From the NCBI GenBank assembly GCA_043228905.1, contig JBHGNT010000001.1:20088001-20152000 (forward strand): a DNA stretch of 64,000 nt, written 5' to 3'. Positions 58,647 through 64,000 of the stretch are shown here, in pieces. This DNA is from Azolla caroliniana (taxonomy: Eukaryota > Plantae > Polypodiophyta). Position 1 is the stretch's first letter. The number at the start of each line of letters is the position of its first letter. Below the pieces are notes generated by a model. It saw only the letters and a list, made by a program, of their open reading frames with translations, searched no databases and was not told the origin of the DNA. The position numbers and the translations under genes are program-made.

Positions 58647-61012
58647 TGTTACCTGGCTGGCAAAGGAGCAGAGACCAGAATGTGAAAAGGGATGGTTATT
58701 CGCAATATATTTAATTAAGTAGATTAGATTATAATTATGTAGTGAACGGACGGACCAGAATCGGTATGCCGATCCGGATCCAGACCAATTCCGAACAGGT
58801 GCCGGTTCGCACCGTTTTGTACGCAGCACCGGGGACCTATATAAAGGCCTGGTTACAATGCATAACTCTAACGGAGAATTAATATAAGCTTCTTGGTTTT
58901 ATCTTCACGTATTGATTACCGTTCTGAATTAATTGTTATATCTTATGCGTGTATTAAGTGTATGCCTTATTGTTAAGTAGCTAATTAAGTCGAAGTAATC
59001 ATTGTGTCTTAAGTTATCTCGCCGTAGCACCCTTTGGTGAAGTGTCTTCCGGAGACACCCTATGTTAGGCCATTGTCCGGCCCTAAGGATTAACACAGTT
59101 TTTGGCGACCACGATTCCTACACAATCGCAGCGAACAACGGCGAGAATGGATGACGTGACCAACGAATGACCCGGTTACGGAGCGAACAAGGCGACTTGG
59201 TGAATGGTTGAGGAAGTGAGAGGCTTTCCAGCAAGTGGCAGAAGAAATCAGAGCAGATCGCTCATTTTCAAAAGTGATTCGGAGAGTGGCCAAGGAATCA
59301 CTTCGGCTTCCACAAAACGCCTACCCGGATGAAGGAAGCAACCTAAGCAACCTCCGGGAAGCAGAATCCCTTCTTCAGGCATTGGTAGCGGGGGAAGGCG
59401 AATCTGAAGCATTTTCGGCATTTGAATCAGGTTCGGACCGGGAATACAGCGCGCAGACGAACTACTGCATCAGTAACGACACCCCAGGTGGACCAGAGGA
59501 CGAGGATTCGGATACTTTGCCGACACTAGAACCCGAATCGACAAGGCTGGAAACTCTGGTACCAGAAGTCGACCACACTCCAGTACCAGAAGTCAACGAC
59601 GAGAGACCGCCGACACCGGAAGTCGAGGAGGAGAAGCCTCCGACACTACAAGAGGAGCAGGAAAGACCTCCGACGGTGATAGAAGACCAGGGAAAACCTT
59701 CGTCACCACCAGAGGAGGAACGACCACTGACACCACTAGCCCGTGTACCAACACCGGACGACGATATGTCGTTCCAATATCCCAGATACCGGGATGATCC
59801 TGACACGGAAGCCCACGTCCATGCGTTTCAGCAGACCTGGGAAGCGAACCATGTGTCCCAACGCTTAAATGTACCCAAAGAGGAACACTCAAAACGGGCA
59901 GAGTTCGGCATGACCTTGGAGGGACCGGCCGCCAGATGGCACCAAACACAGGATCCCAGCACAATCCCCACGTTTGAAACATTAAAGACAAAATTCTTGC
60001 ATTTCTTCCACAAGGAGATGGACCAACGGGAAATGGCCGGGTTATTTTACAGTATCCGGCAAGAACCAACGGAGAACATCCAATAGTTTGTCATCCGGTT
60101 CTAGCGGATACACAGTCAGCTCAGCCGGACACCACTGGAGGAAGAAACAAAGGCCATATTCTTAGCAGCACTCCGGGAACCCTTACAAACGGTGTGCACC
60201 GTTATCGATTTCCGCACCAGCAGCATAGATCAAGTGATTGACCGGGTTCGGGAAATGGAAAACTCGAGTTCATGGCTAACCATGGGCGCACTTCAGCGTA
60301 CGCTACCGACAGAAGAGGACCTCCGTTTTCAACAAGCAGTTCAATGTACAATATGCCTGAATGCCGGACATTCGGCGCTGGAATGCACCATGCGTGGCCA
60401 ATGCTTGCTCTGCCACTCCAGAAGTCACACAATGGAACGGTGTGAGTATAACTTGTTAAATCGACAAGCACCACCGGTCCGGCAAATTGAACCACGGAGC
60501 AACCGGGAGGAAGAAGAAGAATGTTGGCGGCAAGAGGAGCGCTACCGGCCGGCACAAGATGTCCGGTATAGCGACCGAAGAGACGCGTATGAGCGGTATG
60601 ATAGAAAGGATAGATACTGGGACTATAATGGATGGTATGAAAGATATAACTGGGATCATTGACCTGCTTACAACCACCGACGGGACGACTATGGCAAGGA
60701 TGACGACCAGCTCCTGCAAGGACACCGCAACAAAAAGAATTTCAATAAGAAACGTCATTTCAACAAAAAGGGGGGTCATCCACACGAACCGGAAAAGGGC
60801 GCTTCGAGCAGCCAACCAGACCAAAACCAAGCACTTGCCCCTAGTCCACCACCAAACACACACACCAAATCCAGCAACGCCCGGAAGCCGTACTGCTATT
60901 ATTGCCGGCAAGAGGGTCACTATAGTAATCAATGTCTCGCGAAGAGCTACGACAAACGACCGGCGGTGAACATGGTACACGCGGAAGTCGCGGACATACA
61001 ACAGGTCACTAC
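58647..61012 (+). mobile_element. Gypsy D2 (D family): 5' LTR 58647-59095, PBS and gag; interrupted by T4
   Basis: TGTTA...TAACA with TATATAAAG near 58838 and PBS-like TGGCGACCAC at 59103-59112. Gag ORFs 59235-60086 and 60192-60662 are followed by a CYYC knuckle. Confidence 0.9.
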
Positions 61013-64000
61013 TGAAGGGAATAGTCGCTTCGATTCACCTTCTTCACCCGGCCACAACCGAGTAATCGCGGATCAATGGAGCAGAAAATAGGAACCAAAG
61101 AGAGAAACACACGAGTACACAGGGATTAACGTGGAAAACCCTAGATGGGAAAAACCACGGGAGTACAAGACTCCAAACAACACTATACAAAGAGAAGTAT
61201 ACAATGACGAGCTCCAAGGCGACGACCTTGAGCTCGCTGTCCTCGCCACAGGCGGCGGAAATACACAGAGGCGTCGTCCTCTTCCTCTCGCGCGCTCTAT
61301 CTCTCACTCTCTCTCTCTCTCACGGCTGCTCCCTCTTCACTCCTCTAAAGTGGAAAAACAGAAAAATAAGGAGCAACAGCAAAACTGTTTGCCCTAAGTC
61401 ATATTTATACTTATATGACTTTGGGCTATTTACAACTGTAGCCTCAGGGGCCCATAGCGAACATATTCACGGATATGTCCCTGCATCCGGATCGCTCTCC
61501 GGGTACATTCGTCATCCGGTACCGAAACCGGGGTCTTCGTCATCCGGATCCGAAACCGAAACCGGGCTCGTCGGCATTCATCTCCGATATCCGTCCATCC
61601 CATGCGAAGGGACCGTAATCCCAACAAACTCCCCCTTCACTTCGGCATGGGATGTCTCTCCAATCCGATCCTCTTCCGGCATGCTTCCAGCTTGTCGGGT
61701 GTGAGCACCTTGGTCAGCATATCCGACCCGTTCTCGTCCGTGTGGATCTTCGTCAGCACGAACTCCTTGTCTTCTATCCTTTCCCGGATCCAGTGATATC
61801 TTCGCTGGATGTGCTTCGTCCGGGAGTGATAGGCCGCGTTCTTTGCAAGGTGGATTGCACTCTGACTGTCGCAGTAGAGTCGGTACTCCTTCTGCCGGAT
61901 ACCGAGCTCTCCAATGAAGTCCTTCATCCATATTATTTCCTTGCCGGCTTCAACAGCCGCCATGTACTCCGCCTCCGTGGTTGACAGCGCAACCGTCTTC
62001 TGCAGCCTCGACTGCCATGAAACAGCTCCCCCTGCATACGTCATCACATACCCTGATGTGGACCGGCTGGTATCTGCATCAGCCGACATATCCGAATCGG
62101 TAAAGCCGTCGAGTTCGGGCTTTCCGGAGCCGAATCGGAGGCACACGTTTGCTGTGCCCTTCAGGTATCGGAGTATCCACTTGGCCGCGTTCCAATGCTC
62201 TTTACCGGGATTGCTCATGTACCGGCTCACCACTCCGACTGCATATCCGATGTCCGGTCTCGTACACACCATGGCGTACATCAAGCTCCCGACGGCTGAG
62301 GCATACGGCACTTTCATCATATCCTCCTTTTCAGCCTTTGTCTTGGGACTTTGCTTGCTGGACAGCTTGCAGTTTGTCGGGAGGGTCGATCCGACCGGTC
62401 TTGCTTCCGACATGTTGAACCGGTGAAGCACCTTCGTCACGTACTTCTCCTGTGACAGCCACAACTGCTTCTTCTTCCGGTCCCGGATGATGTGCATCCC
62501 TAGTATTTGCCTCGCCGGACCCAGGTCCTTCATTGAGAAGGTTCGGTGAAGAGCCTTCTTCAGCATCCGTATCTTGACCTGGTCCCGTCCGACGATCAAC
62601 ATGTCGTCCACGTACAGGAGGAGTATTAGAGAGTCTCCTCCTTCGAACTTCTTCACAAACACGCAGTGGTCGGACTGCGTTTTGAGGTACCCTTCGTCGG
62701 TCATGAAGGAGTCGAACTTCCGGTACCATTGCCGGGGAGCCTGCTTCAGTCCGTAAAGGCTCTTCTTCAACCGGCATACCAGGTGCTCCTTCCCTTTCTT
62801 CTCGAATCCTTCCGGTTGCTGCATGTAGATCTCTTCTTCGAGGTCACCGTGAAGGAATGCCGTCTTCACGTCCATCTGTTCTACCTCGAGGTCCATGCTT
62901 GCCGCTATGCTCAGCACCGTCCGGATGGAGGTCATCTTCACTACCGGGGCAAATATCTCGTCGAAGTCGACGCCCTTCTTCTGCTGAAACCCCTTCACCA
63001 CGATCCTGGCTTTGTATCTCGGGGGGTTTCCGGCATCTCCCGGTTTCAGCTTGAACACCCACTTGTTACGGAGTGCCCGTTTTCCTTTCGGCAACTCCAC
63101 AAGTTCATATGTGTGGTTCTCATGCAGGGAATCCATCTCGTCCTGCATGGCACTCAACCACCTGCGGCTCTGGGTGTCATGCTTTGCTTCTTCAAAGCTC
63201 TCCGGCTCCCCCTCGTCGGTTAGCAGCACGTGCTCTGGTTCCGGAAATCTCCGGGGGGCCCTTCTCTCTCTTAGAGGATATCTCCGTTCCGGAGCTTCGG
63301 TAACCGGTTCTCCCGATTCTTCTTCTTCATCCGAATCCATTTCGGGATCGGGGCCGATTCCGGTATCATTTTCATCTTCTTCGGCCGGTTCTGTTTCTTC
63401 ACCGTCTTCGGCCGGGTCCTCGAGTGCTAACCGGTCCCTTGCCGGTCGGGACTGCTCCTCGTAGAGTTTATTCTCACCGGTCGACTTGGAGCTCTTCATC
63501 TTCTTCTCCGACTCCCAGTCGGCGAGTGTCTTGTCCTCCATAAAGACGATATCTCGACTCCTGAATATCTTCTTGTCGACCGGGTCCCATACTCGGTAGC
63601 CGAACTCGTCGTCGCCGTAACCGAGGAATATGCATGGCCGGGTCTTCGGATCTAGCTTTCCTCTCCGGTCCTTCGCCACGTGCACGTATGCGAGACACCC
63701 GAACACCTTCAGATGCCGGTAGGATACTTCCCTACCGGTCCACACTCTCTGCGGCGTGTCTCCGTCCAAAGGTACTGAGGGTGATCGGTTTATCACATAT
63801 GTCGCCGTCGACATTGCCTCAGCCCAAAACCCCTTGGGTAATTTCGCATGCGCCAACATACTCCGAACCCTCTCCATTATGGTCCGGTTCATCCTCTCGG
63901 CCAGCCCGTTCAGTTCCGGCGTCTTCGGCACAGTAAACTCGAGCCGGATTCCCTTTGAGCGACAGTACTCCAGGAACTGCCCCCGGTATTCCCCTCCGTT
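61013..64000 (-). mobile_element. Tnt1/Tork-like copia T4: 3' LTR 61013-61626, PPT and pol running off the window end
   Basis: TG...CA LTR with the T-family hairpin, and PPT GAAGGGGGAG 2 nt from the LTR. Confidence 0.94.
61637..64000 (-). CDS. Copia pol of T4 (integrase core, RT, RNase H), uninterrupted and partial at the 5' end
   Basis: 764-aa open frame with PELNGLAERMNR, YKARIVVKG, LLYVDDML, TDSD, ALSTTEAEY and CDSQSAI, without stops. Confidence 0.93.
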   Translation of the reverse strand, partial: NGGEYRGQFLEYCRSKGIRLEFTVPKTPELNGLAERMNRTIMERVRSMLAHAKLPKGFWAEAMSTATYVINRSPSVPLDGDTPQRVWTGREVSYRHLKVFGCLAYVHVAKDRRGKLDPKTRPCIFLGYGDDEFGYRVWDPVDKKIFRSRDIVFMEDKTLADWESEKKMKSSKSTGENKLYEEQSRPARDRLALEDPAEDGEETEPAEEDENDTGIGPDPEMDSDEEEESGEPVTEAPERRYPLRERRAPRRFPEPEHVLLTDEGEPESFEEAKHDTQSRRWLSAMQDEMDSLHENHTYELVELPKGKRALRNKWVFKLKPGDAGNPPRYKARIVVKGFQQKKGVDFDEIFAPVVKMTSIRTVLSIAASMDLEVEQMDVKTAFLHGDLEEEIYMQQPEGFEKKGKEHLVCRLKKSLYGLKQAPRQWYRKFDSFMTDEGYLKTQSDHCVFVKKFEGGDSLILLLYVDDMLIVGRDQVKIRMLKKALHRTFSMKDLGPARQILGMHIIRDRKKKQLWLSQEKYVTKVLHRFNMSEARPVGSTLPTNCKLSSKQSPKTKAEKEDMMKVPYASAVGSLMYAMVCTRPDIGYAVGVVSRYMSNPGKEHWNAAKWILRYLKGTANVCLRFGSGKPELDGFTDSDMSADADTSRSTSGYVMTYAGGAVSWQSRLQKTVALSTTEAEYMAAVEAGKEIIWMKDFIGELGIRQKEYRLYCDSQSAIHLAKNAAYHSRTKHIQRRYHWIRERIEDKEFVLTKIHTDENGSDMLTKVLTPDKLEACRKRIGLERHPMPK

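Noticed and set aside
28138-59095. Inverted 448-bp repeats as TIRs of a giant DNA transposon or DIRS element, or one element split by an inversion
   Set aside because: They are LTRs of two oppositely oriented copies (D and D2), each with its own gag, and the flanks (TCAGG versus GGAAT) do not form a TSD.

Overview
This window contains no recognisable host genes. It is a block of nested, mostly decayed LTR retrotransposons typical of plant heterochromatin. The mix of lineages (Tcn1-like chromovirus, Phygy-like non-chromovirus Ty3/gypsy, fungal-like gypsy, Tnt1/Tork-like copia) suggests a non-seed plant such as a moss; that is inference. I resolved about 17 elements or solo LTRs from TG...CA ends, primer-binding sites (PBS), polypurine tracts (PPT) and target-site duplications (TSD), nested up to five deep. 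Element labels (A1, B, C, etc.) are mine. The most striking observation concerns three Ty3/gypsy elements from two LTR families (B, E and D). They have no PPT next to the 3' LTR. Instead, exactly 2 nt from the LTR, they carry a 17-nt sequence matching a tRNA-Arg-like 3' end including CCA, which amounts to a second, inverted PBS. This suggests that both DNA strands may be tRNA-primed. The same elements carry a large, conserved extra ORF downstream of pol. Other signals: the chromovirus has a self-priming PBS, a -1 frameshift cassette and a tRNA-like Pol III A/B-box module in its LTR; the copia LTRs share a conserved hairpin; and a 78-bp tandem repeat is the only non-retroelement DNA I could identify.
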